Source: Pseudomonas aeruginosa PAO1 (GTDB lineage Bacteria > Pseudomonadota > Gammaproteobacteria > Pseudomonadales > Pseudomonadaceae). Taken from it: 64,000 nucleotides of DNA. Made by a program: the position numbers and the translations under genes. Of this stretch, positions 31,328-43,255 are shown in pieces. Numbering within the stretch: the first letter of the stretch is position 1; each line of letters starts with the position of its first letter. Under the pieces are notes generated by a model. The model was not told the DNA's origin and did no database searches. It saw only the letters and a program-made list of their open reading frames with translations. Location of the stretch: assembly GCF_000006765.1 (NCBI RefSeq), contig NC_002516.2, one strand, 5' to 3'.

Positions 31328-32182
31328 ATGACACTCAATTTCCCGTTGTTGCTGGTCATCGCCGTGGCTGTATGCGGCGCCCTGGCCCTGGTCGACCTGG
31401 TGCTGTTCGCGCCGCGTCGGCGGGCCGCGATCTCTTCCTACGAAGGGCAGGTGAACGAGCCCGATCCGGCAGTGCTGGAGAAGCTCAACAAGGAACCGCT
31501 GCTGGTGGAGTACGGCAAGTCGTTCTTCCCGGTGCTGTTCATCGTGCTGGTGCTGCGTTCCTTCCTGGTCGAGCCGTTCCAGATTCCCTCGGGGTCGATG
31601 AAACCTACCCTCGAGGTCGGCGATTTCATCCTGGTCAACAAGTTCGCCTACGGTATCCGCCTGCCGGTGCTGGACACCAAGGTGATCCCGATCGGTGATC
31701 CGCAGCGCGGCGATGTCATGGTGTTCCGCTATCCCAGCGAACCGAACATCAACTACATCAAGCGCGTGGTCGGCCTGCCCGGCGACACCGTGCGCTACAC
31801 CAAGGAAAAGCGCCTGTACGTCAACGGCGAGCTGGTGGCGGAGAAACTGGTCGGCGAGGAACCGGGCACCCTGGGCAGCGTGACCCTGTACCAGGAGAAG
31901 CTGGGCCAGGCCGAGCACCTGATCCGCAAGGAAATGAGCCGCTATCGCATCGAGCCCGACCGCCAGTGGACCATTCCCGCCGGCCACTACTTCATGATGG
32001 GCGACAACCGCGACAACTCCAACGACAGCCGCTACTGGAACGATCCGAAGATCCCCAAGGATCTGCTGGGCATGGTTCCGGACCGCAATATCGTCGGCAA
32101 GGCCTTCGCCGTGTGGATGAGCTGGCCCGATCCGAAGATGAGCAACCTGCCGAACTTCTCCCGGGTCGGCGTGATTCACTGA
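31328..32182 (+). CDS. lepB: Signal peptidase I
   Basis: IPSGSMKPTL (catalytic Ser), YIKRVVG (catalytic Lys), and GDNRDNS. Confidence 0.98.
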   Translation: MTLNFPLLLVIAVAVCGALALVDLVLFAPRRRAAISSYEGQVNEPDPAVLEKLNKEPLLVEYGKSFFPVLFIVLVLRSFLVEPFQIPSGSMKPTLEVGDFILVNKFAYGIRLPVLDTKVIPIGDPQRGDVMVFRYPSEPNINYIKRVVGLPGDTVRYTKEKRLYVNGELVAEKLVGEEPGTLGSVTLYQEKLGQAEHLIRKEMSRYRIEPDRQWTIPAGHYFMMGDNRDNSNDSRYWNDPKIPKDLLGMVPDRNIVGKAFAVWMSWPDPKMSNLPNFSRVGVIH

Positions 32183-32232
32183 CCTGTGCGCAGGTTCGCC
32201 ACGCGGAAGGGCGCTCCTGCTGAATAATCGCG

Positions 32233-32270
32233 AAGCGGGGCTGCTCCCGAGGGCAGCCCCGCTTTCACTT
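32233..32270 (+). terminator. Strong hairpin after lepB (terminator or RNase III processing element)
   Basis: AAGCGGGGCTGC (32233-44) pairs with GCAGCCCCGCTT (32253-64); short TTTCACTT tail. Confidence 0.55.
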
Positions 32271-32350
32271 CCGCGAACGCCGCCGCAGGGCGCTGCCCGA
32301 TGGCGTTACCGCTCGCTGGACGGAATAACTACACTGACATGAGGTCCGAC

Positions 32351-32728
32351 ATGAGGTTCGCGCGTTCGCAGAAGGGGATGTCCCTGCTGGGGTGGCTGGT
32401 GGTGCTGGGCGTGGTGGCGTTCTTCGCCAGCGCCGCGTTCAAGATCATCCCGCACTACATGGATTACTACTCGCTGGAGAAGGTGATCACTTCCGTGGAG
32501 ACCGACAAGGCGGCCGAGGTGCGTTCCGTGCCGGAGTTCTACAGCTACGTCGGCAAGGGGATGCAGATCAACGGCATCCGCAACCTGGACCTGGAGAAGG
32601 CCCTGGAGGTGCAACTGGAAGACAACCAATTCCGGGCGCACCTGAAATATGAAAAACGCGAGCCACTGATCAGCAACATCGACCTGGTGGTCCACTTCGA
32701 CAAAGAATTCCGTGTACGCATGCCGTGA
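32351..32728 (+). CDS. DUF4845-type protein with pilin-like N-terminus, 125 aa
   Basis: GAGGT RBS; [15 protein letters not shown]; stop overlaps the rnc start. Confidence 0.8.
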   Translation: MRFARSQKGMSLLGWLVVLGVVAFFASAAFKIIPHYMDYYSLEKVITSVETDKAAEVRSVPEFYSYVGKGMQINGIRNLDLEKALEVQLEDNQFRAHLKYEKREPLISNIDLVVHFDKEFRVRMP

Positions 32729-33414
32729 GTAATTCGCTGGACCGACTCGAGCGCAAGCTCGGCTATACCTTCAAAGACCGGGACCTGATGGTCCTGGCCC
32801 TGACCCATCGCAGCTACGCCGGGCGCAACAACGAGCGCCTGGAGTTCCTCGGTGACGCCATTCTCAACTTCGTCATCGGCGAGGCGCTGTTCCACCACTT
32901 CCCGCAGGCTCGCGAAGGCCAGCTTTCGCGCCTGCGCGCGCGATTGGTCAAGGGCGAGACCCTGGCCCTGCTGGCGCGCGGCTTCGAGGTGGGCGACTAC
33001 CTGCGGCTGGGCTCGGGCGAGCTGAAGAGCGGCGGGTTCCGCCGCGAGTCGATCCTCGCCGATGCGATGGAAGCCCTGATCGGCGCCATCTACCTGGATA
33101 CCGGCATGGACTCCGCGCGCGAGCGGATCATCGCCTGGCTCGGACCGCAACTGCGCGAGCTGACCCCGGTGGACACCAACAAGGACCCCAAGACCCGCCT
33201 GCAGGAGTTCCTGCAGTCGCGTGGCTGCGACCTGCCGCGCTACGAGGTGGTGGATATCCAGGGCGAACCCCATTGCCGGACCTTCTTCGTCGATTGCGAA
33301 GTGGCCCTGCTGAGCGACAAGACCCACGGGCACGGCGGCAGCCGCCGCATCGCCGAGCAGGTGGCCGCGGCCGCCGCGCTGGTGGCCCTGGGCGTGGAGA
33401 ATGGCCATGACTGA
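32725..33414 (+). CDS. rnc: Ribonuclease III
   Basis: [10 protein letters not shown] signature and C-terminal dsRBD. Confidence 0.99.
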   Translation: MSNSLDRLERKLGYTFKDRDLMVLALTHRSYAGRNNERLEFLGDAILNFVIGEALFHHFPQAREGQLSRLRARLVKGETLALLARGFEVGDYLRLGSGELKSGGFRRESILADAMEALIGAIYLDTGMDSARERIIAWLGPQLRELTPVDTNKDPKTRLQEFLQSRGCDLPRYEVVDIQGEPHCRTFFVDCEVALLSDKTHGHGGSRRIAEQVAAAAALVALGVENGHD

Positions 33415-34324
33415 CATGCACGACGACATCCCCGCCGGCAGCCGTTGCGGCTACGTGGCGATCGTGGGGCGCCCCAATGTGGGCAAGTCCACCCTGCTCA
33501 ACCACATCCTCGGGCAGAAGCTGGCGATCACCTCGCGCAAGCCGCAGACCACCCGCCACAACATGCTCGGGATCAAGACCGAGGGCGAGGTGCAGGCCGT
33601 CTACGTCGATACGCCCGGCCTGCACAAGAGCGGCGAGAAGGCCCTCAACCGCTACATGAACCGTACCGCCAGCGCGGCATTGAAGGATGTCGACGTGGTG
33701 ATCTTCGTGGTCGACCGCACCCGCTGGACCGAAGAGGACCAGATGGTCCTGGAGCGCGTGCAGTACGTCAGTTGCCCGGTGCTGATCGCGGTGAACAAGA
33801 CCGACCGCATCGAGGAAAAGGCCGACCTGCTGCCGCACCTCGAATGGCTCACCCAGCAGTTGCCGAAGGCCGAGGTAGTACCGATCTCGGCGCAGCACGG
33901 GACCAACCTGGACGTGCTGGAGAAGCTGGTCGCCGAGCGTCTGCCGGAAAGCGAGCACTTCTTCCCCGAAGACCAGATCACCGACCGCAGCAGCCGCTTC
34001 CTGGCCGCCGAGCTGGTCCGCGAGAAGATCATGCGCCAGCTCGGCGCCGAGCTGCCCTACCAGATCACCGTGGAGATCGAGGAGTTCAAGCAGGAAGGTC
34101 GCATCCTGCATATCCATGCGCTGATCCTGGTGGAGCGCGAGGGGCAGAAGAAGATCATCATCGGCGACAAGGGCGAGCGGATCAAAAGCATCGGCCAGAA
34201 CGCGCGCAAAGACATGGAAGTGCTGTTCGACTCCAAGGTCATGCTCAACCTCTGGGTCAAGGTCAAGGGCGGCTGGTCCGACGACGAGCGTGCCCTGCGC
34301 TCGCTGGGCTACGGCGACCTCTGA
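33407..34324 (+). CDS. era: GTPase Era, 305 aa
   Basis: [16 protein letters not shown], and KH domain [11 protein letters not shown]. Confidence 0.98.
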   Translation: MTDMHDDIPAGSRCGYVAIVGRPNVGKSTLLNHILGQKLAITSRKPQTTRHNMLGIKTEGEVQAVYVDTPGLHKSGEKALNRYMNRTASAALKDVDVVIFVVDRTRWTEEDQMVLERVQYVSCPVLIAVNKTDRIEEKADLLPHLEWLTQQLPKAEVVPISAQHGTNLDVLEKLVAERLPESEHFFPEDQITDRSSRFLAAELVREKIMRQLGAELPYQITVEIEEFKQEGRILHIHALILVEREGQKKIIIGDKGERIKSIGQNARKDMEVLFDSKVMLNLWVKVKGGWSDDERALRSLGYGDL

Positions 34325-34384
34325 CCGTTCCCGGCAGCCCGGCGCCAGCCGGGCGACATTCCTCTCGCGCCCGGTCGACCCGCC

Positions 34385-35086
34385 ATGTCCTTCGCCGCCG
34401 CCCAAGCCACCTACGTGCTGCATAGCCGGCCGTACAAGGAAACCAGCGCCCTGGTGGATTTCTTCACCCCGCTGGGTCGCCTGCGCGCGGTCCTGCGCGG
34501 CGCCCGCGGCAAGGCTGGCGCCCTGGCGCGGCCATTCGTGCCGCTGGAAGCGGAGTGGCGCGGGCGCGGCGAACTGAAGACCGTGGCCCGGCTGGAAAGC
34601 GCCGGTGTTCCCAACCTGCTCAATGGCCAGGCGCTGTTCAGCGGTCTCTACCTCAACGAGCTGTTGATCCGCCTGTTGCCGGCGGAAGACCCGCAGCCGG
34701 AAATCTTCGCCCACTACGCCGCGACCCTGCCGCTGCTGGCGGCGGGGCGCCCCATCGAACCGCTGCTGCGCGCGTTCGAATGGCGCCTGCTGGAGCAACT
34801 GGGCTATGGTTTCGCTCTCGATGTCGACATCGATGGGCGCCCGATCGAGCCGCAGGCGTTGTACCAGCTTTTGCCAGAGGCCGGCCTGGAGCCGGTGGCG
34901 CAACTGCAACCCGGGCTGTTCCAGGGCTCCGAACTGTTATCCATGGCCGACGCCGACTGGAGCGCCCCCGGCGCCCTGGCGGCGGCCAAGCGCCTGATGC
35001 GCCAGGCGCTCGCTCCCCATCTGGGCGGCCGGCCGCTGGTCAGCCGCGAGCTGTTCATGAACCGTAAGGAGTCACCCCGTGACTGA
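34385..35086 (+). CDS. recO: DNA repair protein RecO
   Basis: [20 protein letters not shown], and LRAFEWRLL; conserved era-recO-pdxJ order. Confidence 0.95.
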   Translation: MSFAAAQATYVLHSRPYKETSALVDFFTPLGRLRAVLRGARGKAGALARPFVPLEAEWRGRGELKTVARLESAGVPNLLNGQALFSGLYLNELLIRLLPAEDPQPEIFAHYAATLPLLAAGRPIEPLLRAFEWRLLEQLGYGFALDVDIDGRPIEPQALYQLLPEAGLEPVAQLQPGLFQGSELLSMADADWSAPGALAAAKRLMRQALAPHLGGRPLVSRELFMNRKESPRD

Positions 35087-35825
35087 AGCCACTCGAATTC
35101 TGCTCGGCGTGAACATCGATCACGTCGCCACCCTGCGCCAGGCCCGGGGCACCCGCTATCCGGACCCGGTGAAGGCCGCCCTGGACGCCGAGGAAGCCGG
35201 CGCCGACGGTATCACCGTGCACCTGCGCGAGGACCGCCGGCATATCCAGGAACGCGACGTGCGGGTGCTCAAGGAAGTGCTGCAGACGCGGATGAACTTC
35301 GAGATGGGGGTCACCGAGGAAATGCTCGCCTTCGCCGAGGAGATCCGGCCGGCGCATAGCTGCCTGGTCCCCGAGCGCCGCGAGGAACTGACCACCGAGG
35401 GCGGCCTCGACGTCGCCGGCCAGGAACAGCGCATCCGCGACGCGGTGCGACGCCTGGCTGCGGTGGGCAGCGAAGTGTCGCTGTTCATCGATCCCGATCC
35501 GCGGCAGATCGAGGCCTCCGCCCGGGTCGGCGCGCCGGCTATCGAACTGCATACCGGTCGCTACGCCGACGCCGAAGACCCCGAGGAGCAGGCCCGCGAG
35601 CTGCAGCGGGTACGCGAGGGCGTGGCCCTCGGGCGTTCCCTCGGCCTGATCGTCAACGCCGGGCATGGCCTGCACTACCACAATGTCGAGCCGGTCGCGG
35701 CCATCGACGGCATCAACGAGCTGAACATCGGCCACGCCATCGTCGCCCACGCCCTCTTCGTCGGCTTCAGGCAGGCGGTGGCCGAGATGAAAGCGCTGAT
35801 GCTGGCCGCGGCGACCAAGCGCTGA
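35079..35825 (+). CDS. pdxJ: Pyridoxine 5'-phosphate synthase
   Basis: [29 protein letters not shown], and ELNIGH. Confidence 0.98.
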   Translation: MTEATRILLGVNIDHVATLRQARGTRYPDPVKAALDAEEAGADGITVHLREDRRHIQERDVRVLKEVLQTRMNFEMGVTEEMLAFAEEIRPAHSCLVPERREELTTEGGLDVAGQEQRIRDAVRRLAAVGSEVSLFIDPDPRQIEASARVGAPAIELHTGRYADAEDPEEQARELQRVREGVALGRSLGLIVNAGHGLHYHNVEPVAAIDGINELNIGHAIVAHALFVGFRQAVAEMKALMLAAATKR

Positions 35826-35874
35826 GGCAATCGCGCCCCGCTTGCCGTCGACCTGCGGGGCGGATGAAAGCAAA

Positions 35875-35900
35875 AAAAGCCCATCCGAGGATGGGCTTTT
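35875..35900. terminator. Bidirectional terminator between pdxJ and cmoB
   Basis: AAAAGCCCATC-CGAG-GATGGGCTTTT. Confidence 0.88.
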
Positions 35901-35912
35901 CCCTATTCGCTG

Positions 35913-36881
35913 TCAGGGCTTGCGCGCCACCAGCGTGGCGCGCATCGGTGCCGGCAGGCCTTCGACGGTTCGCGAACGGTCCTGCGGATCGAGGAATTCC
36001 GGCAGCGACTGGAAACGCATCCATTCGGTGGAGCGTTGTTCTTCGACGCTGGTCAGGCTGACGTCGACGCAGCGCGCGTCGGCGAACCCGGCGCGGCGCA
36101 GCCAGAGCTCCAGGGCTGCCACCGAGGGCAGGAACCAGACGTTGCGCATCTGCGCGTAGCGGTCCTCGGGCACCAGCACGGTGCTGGCGTCGCCTTCCAC
36201 CACCAGGGTCTCCAGGACCAGTTCGCCGCCGCGCTTCAGGCAGTCCTTGAGCGCCAGCAGGTGGTCGATGGGCGAGCGACGGTGATAGAGCACGCCCATG
36301 GAGAATACCGTGTCGAAGCCTTCGAGCTTCTCCGGCAGGTCTTCCAGGGCCAGCGGCAGGTGCCAGGCCGGCAGCTCCGGCAGGTAGCGCTTGGCGGCGA
36401 GGAACTGGCAGAGGAACAGCCAGTTCGGATCGACCCCGACCACGCTCTCCGCGCCGGCGCCGAGCATGCGCCACTGGTAGTAGCCGTTGCCGCAGCCGAC
36501 ATCGAGGACGCGTTTGCCACGCAGTTCGACATGTGGCGAGACACGCTCCCATTTCCAGTCGGAACGCCATTCGGTATCGACCTGCACGCCGAAGAAGTCG
36601 AAGGGGCCCTTGCGCCAGGGAATCAGCCCTTGCAGCGCTTCCTTCATCTGCGCTTGCAGCGCCGCATCGTGGTCGCTGTGCAGGGCGAAGCGCTGGGCCA
36701 GGTCGACCTTCGGCGCGGGCACCTGGGGCAGGCGCTGGACCGCGCTCCACCAACGGGCCAGGTCGCCGTGGCCTTCCTCGATGCGCGCGGAGATCTGCGC
36801 GGGCAGGCTGGTCGCCCAGCCGTACAGCGGAGAGCCGGCGAGGTGTCGCTGGAGGGCGTCGAGGGCGAGGTGCTGGATCAT
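35913..36881 (-). CDS. cmoB: tRNA U34 carboxymethyltransferase CmoB, 322 aa
   Basis: [25 protein letters not shown], and GVLYHRRSP. Confidence 0.96.
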
Positions 36882-37618
36882 GGCAGGGCGATCATCGAGG
36901 CGAAGTTGAGACACTGGAACCATTGGCTGACCCGGCTGAAGCCGGCGGCCAGCAGCCGTTCACGGTGTTCCTCGAAGGTGTCGGGGAGCATGACGTTTTC
37001 CAGCGCGCTGCGCTTCTGCGCGATCTCCAGCTCGCTGTAGCCGTTGGCACGCTTGAAGGCGATGTGCAGGTCGGTGAGCAGCGCGTGCTCCTGCGCATCG
37101 GCGAAGCGCAGTTTCTCCGAGAGGATCAGCGCGCCGCCGGGCAGCAGTGCCTGGCGGATCCTGCGCAGCAGGCCGAGGCGCTGGTCGGGGGCGACGAACT
37201 GCAGGGTGAAGTTCATCGCCACCAGCGAGGTGGGTTGCAGGTCCAGGGCGAGAATGTCGGCCTCGATCAGCTCGACCGGCAGCAGCTCCTGGTACATGGC
37301 GTCCTGGGCATGCAGGTATTCACTGCAGCGCTCGATCATCGCGTGCGAGTTGTCCACCCCGATCACCCGGCAGCCGTCGTTGCGGACGTGGCGGCGCAGC
37401 GACTGGGTGACCGCGCCGAGCGAGCAGCCGAGGTCGTAGAGCACGCTGTTCGGCTGGGCGAACTGCGCGCCGAGTACGCCGATGTTCTCGACGATGGTGG
37501 GGTAGCCCGGCACGGAGCGCTTGATCATGTCGGGGAACACGCGCACCACGTCTTCGTTGAACACGAAGTCGGCGACACGTTGCTGGGGTTGGGCGAACAG
37601 GCGATCGGACTCGCTCAC
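36878..37618 (-). CDS. cmoA: Carboxy-SAM synthase CmoA
   Basis: [20 protein letters not shown], and [16 protein letters not shown]; GTG start 7 nt after GAGGT. Confidence 0.95.
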
Positions 37619-37722
37619 GCGGGTGACCTCGGGCATCACGGCTTTTCAGGGGGCCGAATTGTAGCCGAGGGATGAGCGTCGCCCAACTGCGCGGCGACGA
37701 TTCACCCATGCGCGCAGGCGAA

Positions 37723-38295
37723 TCACCTGAGCTTGTCGGAGAAGTACTCTCCCGCGCCCTGCAGCGGACCCAGCGGGTTCTTCTTGTCTTCCAGGCGATG
37801 GATGTTCGGTTCGCCGTTGCTGACCTTGTGCACCAGCACGTCGTTGACGAAGACGAACACCGCCTTGAACGACCAGCCCTGCAACTCCCGTTTCTTGCGG
37901 AAGTTGAACACGTCCGCCCAGAAGCTGCCGACCCGCTGGGTGTCGGTCTTGCTGAAATCGAAGGCGTAGCCGATGCAACGGTCCTTCGCTTCCAGGCATT
38001 GCACCAGGCCGCCCGGCAGGTAATCGATGGGGATGTTCGGCTGGATGAACATGAGCCGCACGTCGATGAACGACAGCATGCGGCCGTTGCCCTGGGTCAA
38101 TGGATCGAAACCCAGCCCGAACAGCTGCGAACGGGTCGTGCTGCCGGGTTGCGCCTGGGAATAGCGCAGTTCGGCATCGAGGTAGTCGACGAAGGGGGAT
38201 TGGACTTCCGCTCGTTCGCTGGGCAGCAGGCTGCCGCAGGAGGAAACGAAGACAGTGGATGCCCAGAGCAGTGAGTAACGAAGAGCGGTGCCCAT
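37723..38295 (-). CDS. Uncharacterised probable lipoprotein, 190 aa
   Basis: AAAGGAGG RBS; lipobox-like FVSSC-G; second cysteine pair CLEAKDRC. Confidence 0.75.
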   Translation of the reverse strand: MGTALRYSLLWASTVFVSSCGSLLPSERAEVQSPFVDYLDAELRYSQAQPGSTTRSQLFGLGFDPLTQGNGRMLSFIDVRLMFIQPNIPIDYLPGGLVQCLEAKDRCIGYAFDFSKTDTQRVGSFWADVFNFRKKRELQGWSFKAVFVFVNDVLVHKVSNGEPNIHRLEDKKNPLGPLQGAGEYFSDKLR

Positions 38296-38426
38296 GACGC
38301 GCCTCCTTTCGGTGCCGTCGTAGATTGAGTAATAGACGACGCCAAAAAGGCCTGCCGGAATTTATTCAATCGGCTGAAAGCAGCGTGGTTGCTGGTCTGG
38401 CGGCGGATTTCCGGCGGCCCGGAAAG

Positions 38427-39179
38427 TCATTCGAAAGAAAGCCTATAGCGCTCGCCGAGGACCTTCAGGGTGCCTTCGCGACGCAGTTGGCGTAGCCCTT
38501 CGTCGAGTTCCGCGAGACGCGCGTCGACCTCCGGCAGGTGCGGGCTGAGGCCGACGTGCAGCGGCTGCCGCCCGGGTAGTTCGCCGGCGCGGCGGATCTG
38601 TCCGGCGAGCTGCGGATGATGCTCCAGGTAGTGCTCGATGATGTCGCGGTCTTCCAATAGCACGTCGATGCGGCCGAGCAGCAGTTTCTGCAGGTTGCGC
38701 GGCAGCACGCGCTCGCCGCCGAGGACCTGCAGGTGCAGGTCGTCGTCGCCGGCCTGGCTGCGCCAGGCTTCGAAGCGCGGATTGTTCACGTAGCCCTGGG
38801 CGAGGCCCAGGCGCTGGCCGAGCAGGGAAGCATCGCCGGAGTAGTGCCAGTCGCTGTCGTGGCGGGTGTAGAAGGCCAGCCCGACCCAGCCGATGGGCTC
38901 GCTGCCGACCCGCAGGCCGTCGAGTCCATAGGCGCCGACCAGGCCGTCGCGATGGCCGTCGCGGACCATCTGCACGGCGCGCGGCCAGGGCAGGCTGTCG
39001 AAGTGCGGTGGCTCCCGAAGGACCTGGCTGAGCGCCTCGACCAGGTAGCCGGGCCGCTGCGGCGTGCCAGGGCACAGGTAGGGGCAGCCGTCGTCGCCTG
39101 CGAAGCGCAACGGTTCGGCCAGCGAGAGCAGAGGAGCGGCGCAGGACAGGGCGAGCAGGACGAAGGAGGCGCGGAGCAT
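38427..39179 (-). CDS. Orphan family-3-like periplasmic substrate-binding protein, 250 aa
   Basis: Signal peptide, CPYLC, PWPRA, and LLLGRIDV motifs; no adjacent ABC permease. Confidence 0.8.
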   Translation of the reverse strand: MLRASFVLLALSCAAPLLSLAEPLRFAGDDGCPYLCPGTPQRPGYLVEALSQVLREPPHFDSLPWPRAVQMVRDGHRDGLVGAYGLDGLRVGSEPIGWVGLAFYTRHDSDWHYSGDASLLGQRLGLAQGYVNNPRFEAWRSQAGDDDLHLQVLGGERVLPRNLQKLLLGRIDVLLEDRDIIEHYLEHHPQLAGQIRRAGELPGRQPLHVGLSPHLPEVDARLAELDEGLRQLRREGTLKVLGERYRLSFE

Positions 39180-39277
39180 GGAGTCCTCGGGGCGACGGGG
39201 CCTGTCAGGATAGGCCAGGTCGCCACGGCGCAGGACGTCGGTCTTCGTACAGAATGTGTCCGCCGCGGGCAGCGGTT

Positions 39278-39682
39278 TCAGCGCACCTGGATCGCGCAGG
39301 AAAAGCTTTCCGCCGGTTCCGCGTCCTTTTCCCAGGGCCGCCGGTAGACCAGTTCCAGGCGGTCGTCGCCGCTGGCGGCGACGCGGAAGCGCCAGGTCGA
39401 TTCGCCGCCGCTGCCAACCAGGCCGCTGTCTTCTTCGGAATTGCTGTAGACCTCCGGGCCAAGGCGCTTGAGCACGCTGGCAGCAGGGTTGCGCAGTTCC
39501 CAGCGGAAGCCGGTGGTGGGATTGCTCGGCAGGGTCAGCACCAGTTCCTGGCCTTGCGTCAGCTTCAGCGGCGAACAGTCGTCGGCGTCGTCCAGGGTGA
39601 CCACCGGCTTCTGTTGCCCGGCGCAGCCGGCCAGGACCACGATGGACAATGGCAGCAGCAGACGGGAGGGGGAAAAGGACAT
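39278..39682 (-). CDS. icp: Chagasin-family (I42) cysteine peptidase inhibitor lipoprotein ICP, 134 aa
   Basis: Lipobox LAGC; NPTTGFRW, VGSGG and RPWE motifs. Confidence 0.93.
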   Translation of the reverse strand: MSFSPSRLLLPLSIVVLAGCAGQQKPVVTLDDADDCSPLKLTQGQELVLTLPSNPTTGFRWELRNPAASVLKRLGPEVYSNSEEDSGLVGSGGESTWRFRVAASGDDRLELVYRRPWEKDAEPAESFSCAIQVR

Positions 39683-39792
39683 GCAGCGCTCCTCGGCTCG
39701 AATGGAAAGGGCGCCAGCATAAACCCTGCTGGCGCCCGAGTGCCAAGGTTGGCGCGGCGGACGGCCGAACCGGTCGGCCATCCGCCGCCGGC

Positions 39793-42192
<2,400 letters not shown>

Positions 42193-42382
42193 GAGGCACC
42201 TGACTGGCTGAAACATGAGAGTCTAGATGGGGCCCCGGGGGCGGGTTTCAATCCCTGTCCGTTCAAGGATGTTGCCGAAGGTTTCCACGCAGCACGCGGT
42301 ACGCGGGTACCACTTGCGGCAAGGTGCTGGGCAGCGTCGGGCAAGTCGAGTAGAGTGCGCAAAAATTGAGCAGTTGCCGTTC

Positions 42383-43135
42383 ATGTTCGACACCCGCCTC
42401 ATCCGTCTGCCCGACCAGTCGCACACCCACGCCCACGAGCATCACCAACTGGTGATGTCGCTGGCCGGGCGCGCCGAATTCGAGGTCAACGGCTGTGGCG
42501 GGGAAGTCTGCCGGATGCGCGCCTGCCTGGTGCCGGGCGAGGCGGGCCACGTGTTCGCCGGGGTGGGCGACAACCGCATGCTGATCATCGACCTGGGCGA
42601 GGACAACCCGACCCCGGAAGACCCCGACCTGCTCGCGCGCCTGTTCGAGGCGCCGCGCTACCCGACCCTGGACGCCGACTTCCAGAACCTGCTCAGCTAC
42701 GCCGGCGCCGAACTGGCCCGCTACGGCAGCGACCCGCTGCTGACCCGTGCCCTCGGCGGAGTGCTGATCCGCGCCCTGCACCTGCGCCTGTTCGGCGAGC
42801 AGCAGCCCCTGGCGGCCAGCGGGCCGCTCGACCTGGAGCGCCTGGACGCGCATATCGTGCGGAACCTGGCGCGGCGCATCACGGTCGCCGAACTGGCCCA
42901 GGTCGCCTGTCTCAGCCCGAGCCATTTCCACGCGCAGTTCAAGGACAGCGTCGGCCTGACCCCGCACCAGTACCTGCTCAAGGTCCGCCTCGACTGCGCC
43001 GCGCGGTTGCTGCGGGAAAGCCGCCTGCCTCTGGTGCGGATCGCCGAGGAATGCGGCTTCTCCAGCCAGAGCGCGCTGACCACGGCGATGCGCCGCTACC
43101 TGGGGCTGACGCCGAAGTCGCTGCGCAAGGGCTGA
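42383..43135 (+). CDS. pruR: AraC-family proline utilisation regulator PruR, 250 aa
   Basis: N-terminal cupin (HAHEHHQLV) and C-terminal AraC HTH; close to putAP. Confidence 0.88.
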   Translation: MFDTRLIRLPDQSHTHAHEHHQLVMSLAGRAEFEVNGCGGEVCRMRACLVPGEAGHVFAGVGDNRMLIIDLGEDNPTPEDPDLLARLFEAPRYPTLDADFQNLLSYAGAELARYGSDPLLTRALGGVLIRALHLRLFGEQQPLAASGPLDLERLDAHIVRNLARRITVAELAQVACLSPSHFHAQFKDSVGLTPHQYLLKVRLDCAARLLRESRLPLVRIAEECGFSSQSALTTAMRRYLGLTPKSLRKG

Positions 43136-43153
43136 GCGCCATCCGCCACCTTC

Positions 43154-43228
43154 GGCGGATAACCGCAGGCGGTTATTCGCCCTACCGGGAGTGGTGTAGG
43201 ACGGATAACGGCGCGGACGTCATCCGCC
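43154..43228. repeat. P. aeruginosa REP element doublet (inverted pair)
   Basis: GGCGGATAAC-CGCAGGCG-GTTATTCGCCCTAC (43154-85), then GTAGGACGGATAAC...GTCATCCGCC (43196-228); between convergent genes. Confidence 0.8.
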
Positions 43229-43255
43229 GAGCGAATTCGTCCCGCACGGCCTGTC

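Noticed and set aside
32336-32357. GACATGAGGT direct repeat with a 12-bp period
   Set aside because: Only two short copies around the RBS and start; no evidence of function beyond offering two possible ATGs.
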